From Glycera tridactyla (Eukaryota): 64,000 bases of DNA. Of the stretch, positions 38,331-51,939 are shown piece after piece. The translations under genes were made by a program, and so were the position numbers. The stretch is taken from assembly GCA_965644265.1 (NCBI GenBank), contig OZ286466.1, positions 15,252,001-15,316,000 on the forward strand, written 5' to 3'. Position 1 is the stretch's first letter, and each line of letters begins with the position of its first letter. Under the pieces are notes generated by a model. The model was not told the DNA's origin, ran no database searches, and worked only from the letters and a program-made list of their open reading frames with translations.

Positions 38331-41079
38331 CCCGATGAACATCATTATGTATATCCATTACCAAGAAATGGACTGTGAACTAGGGTAAGAGTTTGTAGTT
38401 GTTATGGTTGTTTTCACCATGGCAACTGGGAGTCCCCACTTCAGTTTGAAGCAACCTATACTCTTCTGAATTGGTTGCAGATGGAGGCAGGTCATCTCTC
38501 ACCTATATTATCGCCCACAGATAGATGGCACCCGGAAACCGACACAATCGGCCTCCGCGTAAATCCGGTCGGCGCGTACCCGTCTAGCAGCTCATAAACG
38601 GGTGACAGACTAATGATTGTATATGACGTCATAAGAAGGAGTTATTGCGCGCGCTGATTGTGTGCGCACGCCGTTTTTATCCAATAATAAGCGCGCCTGG
38701 TATCAACGTCAATGGCCGTAATCAGAATGAGCGATAATAGATGAAATGGACAGGGTAAACAACCACCCCATCTACCATCTGCACCACCCTCCCGCAGCCC
38801 ACATCCAACACAAAGCAGCCAACAAGAAGGCAGGAAACCCCCGCTAATAATGATGAGGGATCGGCCAATTATTTTAGGGCTGTGCGTTTCACACTCAATA
38901 TCTAGGTTAGACTCCCTTGTTATGGCGCCGATTTTCACCAATGTGCGATTGTGCTTTAATTTTGAATTTACACGTAGTGAAATATGGCTCCTTGAGATGT
39001 AAGTGTAGTTAGTTGATAAGTTGTTTGACATCCCATCAGCACCGTCCAGGATGGATGACGACGCCCATGCAATGAATATGGGTGGGATTAGTAAGGGTTC
39101 TTCCTTCCGGGTCGATAATTGGAAGGAAAATTTATGAAATTCAGAGAAGACGAATCTGTCATGGCTGGTATCGGAAACGTTGACTACAGTGTGGTAGTCA
39201 TGAGATTGATTCAGATCCCATCGGTCAAAATTTCCGGCCAATTTGTTACGCTGTGAGAATGGGGTCAGTTGTCTGGTCCTGAACACTGTAGTCGTGGTGA
39301 CGAATTGAAAGAAGAGCCCTGTGCGCGGCTTTCAATTGTGACGTCACTGTGTTTTCGATGACGTCATTCGAACCTGTTCATGAGACCCTGTGATTGAGGC
39401 ATGGGTCTTCCAATCACAGTGATAATCGAATGTACATCGAGATAAGATATAACTTATCCCGAAAGGCTATCCCCGATCGCATACAAACGTGGGCTCCGTA
39501 GAAAAGTGCTTTACGTTAGAAAATACTATCAGGGTGGCCTTTGTAGGCAGGTGACCTTTGATAGGGATGGTCTCTAAAACTGGCTTGTTCGGTTTCAATA
39601 AGAAATATTTCCGAATAGAGAAGTGCCATCTATTTCAGTCGGATACTGCATTCTTTCTTGTGTCAATTCCAATAAATTATTTTCACCGTATAACGACCAA
39701 ATGCTACTCATTGATTTCATCTTTATCGTATGAAGCAAAATGAAATGTCGCCTTCATCGGAGACGACGACTTACCTCTTCCTCAGGCAGACAATTAACTC
39801 AATTTCCTAGCCTTCCCTGAGATCAAGCCAAGCAGTCGTCCTGAAATGAATATTTATTGTAGGTGAATATCTGTATCATGCATATTTGATATCTTGGGTT
39901 TCCGGCAAGCTCATTTTGCGACCCAGATATGTTGAGCGCATTAAATCAAACCGAGCGATATGCTAAGACCATCCGACGCACCCCATTCCTCCAAGCCACA
40001 AAACCTGCAATATTCGCTGATGAAATTTGCCGATGAGCTCAAAAATCCACAAAGACACACTGACGTTTGCTAAATGTGATTATGACGTGATATGGCGTTC
40101 ACATGACCTGAGGTCCGCTATATTGTGTTATCAACGTTTGAAAAGCATGACCCATAGATTACCTGTGCATGCTGCGGAATGGCGTTAATGCGGCGTAGAC
40201 AGCACGTGAAGATGGCATACGACGTGAGTATGACCATGAAGATGACTTCAACGCCACAAGGATATGACGTCATCATGTAAACATGAAGTCATCATATTTC
40301 AATCACGGCGTCATTCAAACGCTTATATTGTATAAGTCTGAACACGTAAATCAGGTCTACGAGAATGACGTTGACGCCAACGTGAGCATGACCTGAACCT
40401 GCCTGAGACAGGCCTGACGTGAAGGGGGTTGATTCACTTGTCATTCATCGGCAGGTATCAACCCAAAGGAGTATACATGCTGTGTGTCCCTGGTCTGTAG
40501 AATCTAGACGAGTTGTCTCCTATACAGGTATCACTTCCACTCACCCTGAACACAAGAAGATGTGTTGTCATTTGAAAGTATCTGACAGTTCAGACATACC
40601 TATGCCTGTTCGACACGATCATGATGACCCTCGAGATGACGTATCAATTTAAGAGGCTGGGAAGACATGACGAGAGAGGAGCTCACGCAGCAGGTGCATG
40701 TCAGGTCATTACATAAGGGGTAGGGGCGGGTAATGGGCGGAAGCTGATCCTGTCTGGACAGGAAGTGACGTCATCCTCCCTAATCACACGAATAATCATG
40801 ACGATATGACAACATGTTACACTTCTCTCGGGGAGCATGTCCATACGCCAGCTACCGCATGGGGCACCCGAACCCAATGGGTGGTCTGGTGAAGAGGGCA
40901 CTCCATGTCTTCGGGGTATGTTGACGTCTATGTGAATTGTACAATATGGCTAGCTGACTTGAAAATGATGGCATGATGCAGATTTTAATGTGAATGTAAC
41001 GGTTCACAGTCTCGTATTCTCAGCAAGTTCACCTGACTGTACAATTACATTCCTCGATTAGCCTCATCAAGCTTGGGAC

Positions 41080-41250
41080 TTTCTTATCTTCCTAGGGAGG
41101 ATACAACCTTGAACACAGAATTAACTGCATGAGCTAAGCACCCCAAAATCAACATCACTGCCAATAGCCATGTACCAATTCACACCTGGGTGGAGTGAAG
41201 TCGCTATGAATGGGGATTCCACTTCTTCAGTAAGACACGTATATCATATG
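41080..41250 (-). mobile_element. Possible SINE remnant, same core motif as 28240-28400
   Basis: Plus strand CCAATTCACACCTGGGTGGAGTGA equals minus strand TCACTCCACCCAGGTGTGAATTGG. Confidence 0.3.
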
Positions 41251-41566
41251 AGTCGGTGTAATGGTGCAGGTCCGCTCTTGAATGTCGGACTTGGTTCATT
41301 TTGGTCCCCTGTCTGAGCTGCAGGCAATGCTACTTACTTAAGAACCAGAGTGACTACAGCTTCCAGACAGTTGGTGTGGTGATATGAAATCGAATATTTC
41401 ATGGTCATGAAGTGATTGCACACGGGAACAAATTCAATTGATAGAGCTCTTCGTAATATTACCATACCATCTACATTGCTACATTGCTGTGGACCTTACT
41501 GAATACGGAACATTTTGACACTTTTTTCGTGCATATGGCACCTGGAGGAATACCAAAATAGGAGTA

Positions 41567-41741
41567 TGGTGGCACCTGTATCAAGCAACCACTGTATACA
41601 TCAACCGCATCTCTCATGCAGCCACTCTATGATAACCCAGTAGAGTACTTTTCACCATAATTCACCTGTATCATGCAACTATCTATCTTCAGCAACATCT
41701 TTACATTTCATGAAGGTAGCTACAGGATACAGGTTCTACTG
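41567..41741. mobile_element. pogo/Tc1-like MITE (degraded relative of the 31429 copy)
   Basis: TA|TGGTGGCACCTGTATCAAGCAACC...GGATACAGGTTCTACTG|TA. Confidence 0.7.
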
Positions 41742-42399
41742 TATATGCAAAATTTTGATATGACTGCAATCCACCCTTGTCAGATGCGTCATTTCGAAGA
41801 TGATAACAGGTCGGGACACCGACAGCAAAACCTGTCTCGAATTTAGACTTCTCAGATGCACTTTAAGATGGAAGCATATACAGATTCAACCAGCTAAACT
41901 TGTCTGGAGTCCACACCTCTCAGAAGCCCTCATCTCAATATGAGAATTAGCTTAAGATTCACCAGCAAAATGTCAAGGTTCAGATGCCTCATTCTCTGTC
42001 TTTCATTTACGCTTTCATATACTCTATATCTAAGACGCAAACATTGTTGAAATCCACCAAAAATCTCCTCGCGAATGATTTGCCAAAACTGCGAACGGTC
42101 CAAAAATGTCGATGATATCGACCGCTAATGACGTCAAGATCGCTTGAATTAACGGTTGTGACGTCAGCACTGCGTTAATCCGCATCTAATTCCAGAAATC
42201 AAAGAGGATAATATTCTCATCTGGACCCTAGTGATGGTCTGATAGTCATCAGCATCCTCCTAATCCGGCCAGCAACTCATTTGATCCATCCTTTATAGCC
42301 ATCACTACCTCCTCTTGTAGCCCATCACACTCAAATAGGATGACCGCATTCCACACGCCCGAGTCGCCAAATGTCATACGATCTGAATTTCAATGGCAC

Positions 42400-43550
42400 A
42401 AATGATCTGTGTCGATCTGCCGGTGATCATCGAAAAATCTGCTTGCGTTTGGAAAGGATATGCTCTCCTTCCATCGCATTGATACGCCGAAACTGCCGAT
42501 ATCATCGACTGATCTTTGTGCGAGAAGCAATATGGATACGGTCGCCAACCTCACTCTAACAAGAGCGCCAAAGCGCATACTAGACAAGGATTTGAACAAC
42601 TCTACTTCCATGATAATTAGAATGGGCTGTGTCAGTTGACCTGAAGGTGGAGCATAATACTGGAACATTGTATCCAAAAACCCACGTAGAGAAATATATC
42701 CACCCAATCAAAGTAATACCAGGCAAATTGCCTACACACCATCTATCTATGGTGGAATAGGAAGAGTGCATGGAGCTTGAGTAGAAGTATTCATATTTCA
42801 CTTGGTGACCCTCATTCGTGAAGCCCTATCAGAAGAAGCTGCAATGTATGGTAATCAGCACCAAAAACGGGATCATCAATGAGATTGATTGCATTGATTG
42901 CCCATTTGTTCAATTTCCATAAAGGATTGATTTTGTCCGACACTTCAGACTACATACTCGTACCACAAGGATCATTCCACATCGATGAATGCTTCATGAC
43001 AGCGCTCACACAGTGTCAATTTCACAGAGTACCGATTAGACGTGGTGGCATGAGAACATCCGAAAGCCAGTTCTACGAAAACTGCATGAAATTGACATCT
43101 TTGGCGCACAGAGGTCAACTCTACAAGTAGACTGCATCGTGATAACATTTCCAGCAATGGTATATGTCAACCAGTTACTTCTATTCCGATCCGATGTAAA
43201 TCGGCGATGCTAGGGTGAACAGAAATTTCACCTGCCATGTTTGGATTTGAAAGACTTAAACTCAAAATGTCTCTGACAGGACCAGCACTTATCAGTTCCA
43301 GTAGAGATTCCACGAGCCTGCTTCACCAAAAAGTTGGTGCACCCAAAGTGTTGTTATCAATAGCACCATGTGGCGTATAGGGGAATTTGCTGAATTGGCC
43401 AGCTCGAACACCTGCATTCCCAAACATGAAGATGCCCACAATGTTCATAATGAGACTACTCGCCTCGAAATCGACACACACTCATTGTACAAGCATTTGG
43501 ATGACTCTGCCTCCGATGTAGGTAGGCTGTGCCTTGGAGATTGGACATAG
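42400..43550 (+). pseudogene. Decayed non-LTR retrotransposon ORF2 fragment (region C-terminal to RT)
   Basis: Broken frames give NTRQIAYTPSIYGGIG (like RAI.Y.P..YGG.G) and RSTLQV..DNISSNG (like R.YLQV..SDI...G). These motifs are recalled from post-RT regions of some LINE clades. Confidence 0.3.
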
Positions 43551-44835
43551 CACTAGTAGTTTTGAATTCATTCCCCAACTAAGAGCACTATCTCTACTCA
43601 GTATGCCCAGATAAAATTGTCCACACATGATTTATATGTGGTATTATCGCAAAATTGCATGAATGACTCATATTCTACTCGCCCATCCTGGCATGTGATC
43701 TCACAGAGCCCCAATATTTTGTATGAGCAATGGCACTATTTGTAAAAGCTGCATTGTTTGGTAATCAGCATAAAAAAAGAGATAATCAGAGGATTGGATA
43801 GATTTGATTTGATCTATTCAATTTCTATGATGGATAAAACTGTTTTGACACATTGGGCTGGATTCACGTACAGACAGGTAATTTCACAGGGTTGAAATGT
43901 TTTCGACAGCACTCAGAAGGTTGCAATTTGGAATTTGCAAGATTCAAGGGGCCCGTATCACCAATAGGCGAGTATAGTGAAATGGGGCCCCAAGACGATC
44001 ATCAATGTTATTTCGATACATCTATCAGGCGAGAGATAAGCTGAATGATGTGAGGATGATGGCGGATTAACTTTGAGATAAGCCCACCTTTCGTCTATGA
44101 TTACGAAGCTTTGAAGATGATCCATTCTCAGACTCTGAAATGCACTCTGTGTTTGTGGCAAAGACATACGACGCCACCATTGTGCAATCGATGATCAGCA
44201 TCTGATGAGCACCAGCTGGACTATATTGAGACGCCCATGCAATCGTCACTAGTGTATCGCAGTGATCGACATCGACTGATGTATGGAGAGTTGGATAGAT
44301 AGTTGGATAAAATATCTCTGGTAAAATGGGCCCTGAATCTTCATATGATCCCTTGCAGGTGGATGCCCACCTTCATCATTCTCCCAGTCGAGCCTCATTA
44401 GTTGGTCTTTCCAGATGATATCAATGCAATTTTCCAATCTGTCCAAGTCAGAGGCTGGTAGTCCATTCCAGAGCTTCACCACAAGTGGCTTGAATCCTCC
44501 CAGTCGCATGTCCAGTCTCGTCCAGTGCTCCGTGACTATCACCTATCCTACAGTGTCTTGATTGGTTTGGTTCATATAAACTTCCCTTTTATGGTCACGC
44601 TACACATTTCATGTTAAATCCACGAATTTTGTAGCAATAAAGGTAATCAGAACTTCGAATGATTGGAAGCGATCATCACACCATCTTGTCCTGGAATTTG
44701 TGATCTGGCTTTGTGCCTGGTATAGCCTGCCTGGGCGCAGGAGACATGTCCAGTTTGGGTCCAATGGCTGATAGACAGCTGTCTATATACACCTCACTGT
44801 GGCAAGCTTTCGAATCCGACATACGCCTGGGACTA

Positions 44836-44901
44836 CAGTTAAACCAGTCATCATGGCAAGTTGCTGCTTGGTGTAGTGGTTGCTTGAGACAGGTTCGACT
44901 G
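44836..44901. mobile_element. Ultra-short 66-bp MITE of the same pogo/Tc1-like family
   Basis: TA|CAGTTAAACCAGTCA...GGTTGCTTGAGACAGGTTCGACTG|TA. Confidence 0.7.
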
Positions 44902-46286
44902 TATCGGGTGGAGCTCTCAGCAACCTATACCAAGTGACGCTGATATAACCGGGACAGTCGCCGTGTGTTCGTGATGCTGCTCATCGACATACATGAAACA
45001 CACGCTAGTACGCATAGAAACACAATAAAACACATCTTCGAACCTGGGGAAAATTGCTAATGCTGAATCAGGAGAAATGGTGCATTTGGATCTCCCAGGT
45101 CTACAAGCCCTTTCGACCTACATCTAAGATGGACGTATCATCACCAGTGTCAGACAGAACACTCCATCTAATCACATCATCGTCTCACAATAGTCCATAT
45201 AACCATGTGTTAAATAGTCACTGACTCTATACAGCAAGTTGATTTTCGATACATAATATTCCAAAACGGGAAATCCTCACAACCGTGATGTCATACAGGA
45301 AGGACCAGCCACATGTTGGTAGGGCTACACGTGTGGTTCACATCACATACTTTTCGTGGGTTGCAGAGATATTTTAGCCAGAATGGATGACAGGTCCGAT
45401 GACAGCTGAGCTATATTTCTCTCCTGTATATTTGCACTTCAGAATGGATTTGTTGATGTCTGGCTTCACATATGTAAGGACAAGTGTCAAAGCACTGCAG
45501 GAGCAGGACAGAAATAGTCCGCTGTCATTTCTAATCATGATATATTTGAGATGTCTGAAATAATAACAGACACAGGAAATCAGATAAATAACCCATCGGA
45601 TGAGCTTGAGATTCGTCGATTTCTGATTGGATTTGAAGTGTCCGGATTGGTCGGATATTTGGAGATGCAAGTGGCCTGATATCGGGTACAAATGCAGAAC
45701 GTTCCAATGTCAAAGTATATTTGCCTGGCGAGAAAGAGAGCTGTTCCAGCAGAATTAAAATCGATCGGGAGGCTGATGTGGGGCCGAACGAAGAATGGCG
45801 GCCATGTTGTTGTCTGAGGTGTATGGACGGGTGCCCATCATGCAGGCCCAATACTGGTGCCCGATGAACGCCCCCCCCTTCACCCACCCCATGCACCTTT
45901 CATCAGCCTGAAGCCTTTGTTGGCGTGGGAAATACCACGCGTACAATACATCAAAAGACCCTTCTCTTATCTGTGCACCAGGTAGCTTCAATGCACATGC
46001 GTACAATGAAGATAGAAGAAAATGCAAACTTTGCAGATATGCACCGCACACACCACGAAACACTGACAAAAATCCAAAGCAAATGCCTCACAACGAAAAG
46101 CAACCTCAGCAATTGCAACTACGACAAAAATGGTCACAATGCATAATCAGAAACTCGCTGACATCTTATGAAATTGATCATAGAAGAATTAAAGAAAAAG
46201 ATAAAGATATTGGATGTGCAATAATGTAGAACATCTGTTGTGGAATCCGAATGATGTGACAGTTCTCTTCAGCATTCGAAAAAGTA

Positions 46287-46464
46287 CAGTCGAACCTGCT
46301 CTGAAGAGCACGTCTCTATAAGGACCACCTCTCTATAAAGACCACCCTGAGGTGCGACCGTGGTATTATTATCAACAGTAAACAACCTCTCTATAAAGAC
46401 CACCTGCCCATAAAGACCACTTTTTGATGCGACCGAAGGCGGTCTTTATAGACAGGTTTGACTG
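46287..46464. mobile_element. pogo/Tc1-like MITE, 178 bp, with internal (CTCTATAAAGACCAC) repeats
   Basis: TA|CAGTCGAACCTGCTCT...ATAGACAGGTTTGACTG|TA. The internal motif occurs about four times. Confidence 0.85.
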
Positions 46465-46672
46465 TATTTGGAATAAAGTGGATCAAGAGACNNNNNNNNN
46501 NNNNNNNNNNNNNNNNNNNNNNNNNNNNNNNNNNNNNNNNNNNNNNNNNNNNNNNNNNNNNNNNNNNNNNNNNNNNNNNNNNNNNNNNNNNNNNNNNNNN
46601 NNNNNNNNNNNNNNNNNNNNNACAGAGGGATCATGAAATTCACCCATGCTAGTCGGGTGATAAAGACAGACT

Positions 46673-46703
<31 letters not shown>

Positions 46704-47959
46704 GGGTATGATGAAAGGGTAAGAGAGGCATAGAAAGACACAGAGAGATAATAGAATTCACCCATGCTAATCAGTTCTGGCTGCATTGAGACATGGTTGA
46801 AATCGAAGAAAAGACTATATGAAAGATAACCGATACAATAGAAAATAGAAATAGTGGATGTGAAAATCCCGAATGCACTGCTCAATCGTGTCCAGGATAC
46901 TCAATGATGGCCTGCCGTATTAGTCCATCACCACGCCTTGACCAGGTTCGTACTAGCCCCATGGCTGAACTAGCGCTGACTGAAAATGGTCATCTAGCTA
47001 CATTTCTGATGCACAATACTGGCAAGAATCTGTTCTGTAGAGAAATCTCTGATGGTGCTGAGATGACAGATTTGTTGCTTCAATGAGGTATGGTTCTGGC
47101 ATACCGTGCATAGCTAGAATCGGCTCAGTTATGGAAACCAACGCTGGCGCACTAAGGTATAGGCTTATTTGGGCAGAGTTATGGCACATCCAAAATTATC
47201 CCACTGGTAGGCGTTGCTGGTTTCTTGCATTTGAGCAACTTGAAGGATTCCGAACTCCATTTCCAATTATTCAAGCTAAAAATATTGATGATCATTAGAT
47301 CAAACTACAATCATTCACTGGTTGGACATCACTCAACTATTGGCCTCATGAAATCTCGAGGCCTTTCATGTAATGAAATATGGCGATGTCATTCAAGATG
47401 TATGGGTTCTTGCTATAGCCTCCGTGAAAATGATGACATGGATACCTTTTTTTTAATCTGATGGCATCATGGTGTGGAATATGAATGTGATATGCCACAC
47501 CTCCTATCTCTCACTGATAATTACACATCTTCTTTTGTATGAAATCCAAACTCGGAGTTGATAGACGGCCCTCCACCTAGGATTATTGACTGGAGAAGAT
47601 AGCGAGAATAATTAGAAGTGACGTTATTGGACTGGCTGAGTTGCCATGACGACGGCACACATCACCAGCATCCTACGCGCTCTTTTTGAGATATATTCAC
47701 GCGCACACATCTGGCGCAGATGCTGATGCCGCCATCTCTCAGATATTCTTCATCTGTCATATCCTGGCGAGAATCTGCTGGCCTGAAAGGCCAGACCAAG
47801 TCTGAGAACAAAGGAGGATGGAGATGAAACGTGTGGCTAATCAACTGATACGGCGAGATCCTACCACCCTTTCACTAGAATACTTCCACTACAGAGCAAA
47901 TGTCTACCATATATATTCATGTCCATACTCCATGGACGAACGCTGGTCACAATATAGAT

Positions 47960-48018
47960 TGATGGATGGATGGATGGATGGATGGATGGATGAATGAAGG
48001 GATAAATGTATTGTTGGA
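47960..48018. repeat. (ATGG)n microsatellite abutting an N gap
   Basis: Read directly. Confidence 0.9.
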
Positions 48019-49927
48019 NNNNNNNNNNNNNNNNNNNNNNNNNNNNNNNNNNNNNNNNNNNNNNNNNNNNNNNNNNNNNNNNNNNNNNNNNNNNNNNNNN
48101 NNNNNNNNNNNNNNNNNNNNNNNNNNNNNNNNNNNNNNNNNNNNNNNNNNNNNNNNNNNNNNNNNNNNNNNNNNNNNNNNNNNNNNNNNNNNNNNNNNNN
48201 NNNNNNNNNNNNNNNNNNNNNNNNNNNNNNNNNNNNNNNNNNNNNNNNNGTGGATGGATAGATGAATCGATAGATGAACACATTTCATTGTTTGACCTTC
48301 AAAACCAGAGATTCAAAACCACTATATCACATCCTAATCCACATGATATTATACCGATTTTGAAATAGAGTTCATCAATTACAAGTACAGGTACAGAAAC
48401 ATTTGATAATGTTTGAGCTACCAAGCTAGGATCGATCCTATAGAGTAGTCAATAAACGTTTGCTCAAGTCATCACGATATCGCATAATGATGGTGATATC
48501 CCCATTGTTATCGAATATCGTCTCATTCTCTGTAAGTTTGAGACTAGTAGCTATTGTATTTCTCAAGGAAGTTGTGGGAAAGAAATAATTGGCATACTCG
48601 TGATGGTTGTATTGATAAGAAATCTATGCAGCTTTCAGTGAGCCTAAACCTTTTTCTTAGCATATAGTTGTGTTGAATACATCTCTTTTTATCTCGTGTT
48701 GGCATGACCACGATTTAGGGTCCTTCTAGGAGTGAGAACGCTACACAGCCAGAAATTAACGACGCCCTGCAACGTTGACTTGAGTTACCCACTAAACCAG
48801 AGCTGCTCCATCACGTCTTCTCAGGTACCTTTCAAGAAATTAAATTACTGACACTTCCACCAGCCCGAAAACACCTGCCACAATGGGAAAGGCTATGAAT
48901 ATCGAACTTCCGACATAGTTGGAAACAACAACTGTCGACTCACAGAAGATTCAAAGATTTCGATTGTTTCCTGTGTTTTTACCATAACGTAGACATTTTC
49001 GTACCAATTAAGCAGCGGTGAGTGTTTAGTAGTGCGAGGAACTTTATCACGAGTGGTTATGTTGTCTTTTTGGCATCCCTTCTGTAAGGTAGGTCCAAGA
49101 TGGCAGCCCCCATGACCTGTCTCTGTCTGGTAACCATTTGTGGTCAAGCATACTTCGCTAGGAAGCACTATTTGGAAAAAAATCGGCGAGCAACAAAAAA
49201 AGTGTGCACATTTTGGTACAGGAAGCGCAACCTGCATGATGGAGCGGCCACCTGGCGAAAAGCGACATCTATAAACATTGAGAAGACGGGGCTATAGCTG
49301 CCAACCCCACTCACGCGTCTGTCTGTCTCTCTCTCCTTCAATGATCTCCCTCTCTCTCTCTTCGTTCGCGCTCCACTTGTAAAATCTATATTTGATTATG
49401 ACTCGGTAGATGAAATACAAACAACGATCGTTTGTACAAACATGCCGTGTTATTACGAGCAATACACGACCATTGTCGATTTCAACCGTCGCCGGATGGC
49501 CTTAGGCTAGCCCGGCTCCCCTACTTCACTTTACTTTCACATCCAATGTTTTTTCTTCATCCAAATTTACCTCATTAACTTCTGCTACGTCCTCTAAAAG
49601 CGACACCATTCATATCACATCAAATTTAACAAATCGATGTCTAGTTGGGGCGAACTTTTCTTGGTTTTCTTATATTGGCGAGACACGTAGAGAAAGTTCG
49701 AGGTTGCTAAGTTGAAGTTAGGTGTAGCCTGCTGTTCATATTGGTCTAATTCAAAACTCATCTTTGTGTGTTTGACAGGCGGCTGGAAATTGCAATCTTG
49801 CCTGCATGCTAATATGAGGAGGAGGTAGAGTGTGTGCAGGGACAGCAGAGTGGTGTCTGCACTTCAGATTTGATCTCACCACAACCTGATCATCCCCCTC
49901 TAGCCAAGATACATGTCTGGTGTCTTC

Positions 49928-50350
49928 ATTGTTGTTGTTGTTGTTGCTGTTGTTGTTGTTGTTGATGTTGATGCCTCTCGTATTGTTAGCGGCGATCAAG
50001 CCTGAGGATGGAGTGGCTGGCAAGGATTATACAGTAAGCCACCCTCACCCACCACCACCAATGACACCACCATAATCACCACCAACAACACCACACCACC
50101 TAAATCATCATCATATCGTCAACACCACCACAGTCACCAGTGCAGCACTGACACCACCAACACTGTCGCCATCACCACCACTTCCACCACCACCTGCGCC
50201 GCTGCCGTCACTGCCGCAGCCACCACCACCACCACAACCACCACCACCAACGCCGCTACCTACGCCACCCCCATCGCCAACACTAACACCGACATCACAA
50301 GTGCCACCACTACCACAACCACCACCATCAATTTTACCACCACCACAGCA
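49928..50350. repeat. (GTT)n and degenerate (CAC)n trinucleotide tracts
   Basis: Read directly; source of the poly-N and poly-G ORFs. Confidence 0.9.
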
Positions 50351-51939
50351 GCAACAAAGATAAGGACAAAAAACAATATGAAACATCTTTCGCAAAAATG
50401 GTAGTGATTTCAACTTTTATCTTTCCGTGCGAATTCTGTAGCACTTCAAATGGAATCTGCACATCGAGTTGCAAGCACATGCATTCTGACTTCAAGACAG
50501 ATCATCAGATTTCACAAGTGTACGTAGAATCTTCAGAATTCATTTTGCAGTTTTGCAGAGTATGAATATTCAAACACGTATCCTCCGACTTCCTCCTGAC
50601 TTCCGTCTGACTGCATCCATTGACTCAAGAAGGCCCATTCAAGCAGCAGACATAAGCCTAAATATAGGCATTCATATGTCTGTAAAAATGTATATGCAGC
50701 TGGCCAGAGTTTGATTGGTGACTTATCCTGCCATTTCTGACAGATGAAACATATAGGGGTGTCACAAGTGCACAATATGCATTTGTTCAAACCATAAATT
50801 ATATTATACGCCGAGTGTGTGCAGTCATGTATGTTCATATCCATGCATACCTAGAAGCCCGACTACCACTACTGAGCCAGATGTAGTATCCCATTCCTAC
50901 TGATGCTTGCAGGGGATATGAGGCGAATACCTCACGGTCGCCTATCGGGGTACTTCGCGTACTCCACAATGAAATCGAGACAGTCACACAGTTTTCATGG
51001 AAAGATCATGTCCGTACAACAGTCATCCAAGCTATGCCCAATCACTGGATTCTATGGGAGTTGCAACAATGGAATCTGTGTGGTGTGCCTTAAAAAAAAC
51101 GTACTGTTTATCATCAACCACTGTAGCACCTGGCGCCTTCAAACAACTGTCATGTGCACATAGTATGATGATGTCGGGCATTGACACCTCTTCCTCTGAA
51201 CACCCACGTCCCATCCGATTATTGCAAGCGGATGTCACATTATCAATTCGATTGTGGTTGGAATGAAGAGAAGAGAGGGATATCTGGCTGATGATGTTAT
51301 TGCAAACCAATGTTACATTATCAATTTGGATGTGGTTGGAAGATAGAAAATAGAGATCTCTGGCTAATAATATGCTCTCATGGAGGCCAGGGGTATTGAC
51401 CCCATTTTTGAAGCTTGACACAACGGTCAAGATGTTCTGGAATAGCTCCTATTTGTTCCGATCTTCATTATATGCCGATACAATCCGAACCTGGTCTCAT
51501 CATTTCGAATAGCTAACGGCAGTCACGAATTGATTGTCTGGTTGTTATACATCCCACCTTGACTAAATCGAGATGCCCATACGATGAATGGATGGCAACT
51601 TAAACTTATTCAAAGATCAACACATTTGACATCGCGTTCATTTTATTTTCCTCTTGCGACATGTATACACCAAGGTTAATGCAAGTCGATTCAGACGTTA
51701 GATGGTCACTTTTCAGAAGTTGTTCGGTACCTATGGTGTAACGTAGCCAGGTGGAAGCAGGTAGTAGCCTAATTTGCGGCTTAGGGTGTCTGGAAACAAT
51801 GGCAATTAAAAAAAGTGAACTTCCTGTATGCGACCCTGGATGCAGGTCTGTGACTGAACATGATACTAATTCGCTGTATCGGCATGCAACATACCATAGT
51901 CATCCCGTCATACATTCTGGTTTGTGATGATCAGACCTG

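Larger units (their letters stand above)
38624..42166. promoter_or_regulatory. CpG-rich candidate regulatory region with seven perfect CRE palindromes (TGACGTCA)
   Basis: TGACGTCA at 38624, 39339, 39359, 40265, 40766 (as GGAAGTGACGTCA), 42129 and 42159, plus many ACGT near-matches at 40060-40420. Confidence 0.45.

Noticed and set aside
38642-39286. 214-aa minus-strand ORF
   Set aside because: No recognisable domain, a non-ATG start call and no convincing splice context; probably chance.
47662-47800. TWSGLSGQQILARI, resembling an ACK-family kinase segment
   Set aside because: That frame hits stop codons immediately and no neighbouring kinase subdomains are present.
693-48249. Eleven N-runs (about 130-270 nt) and the X-filled ORFs spanning them
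   Set aside because: These are assembly gaps or masked simple repeats, often flanked by microsatellites. The ORFs are open only because N hides stop codons.
48864-48995. CHNGKGYEYR, resembling a kringle N-terminus
   Set aside because: The following YRG..T..G..CQ.W pattern is absent and the frame closes.
50111-50413. Gly-rich 100-aa ORF
   Set aside because: Translation of a degenerate (CAC)n tract.
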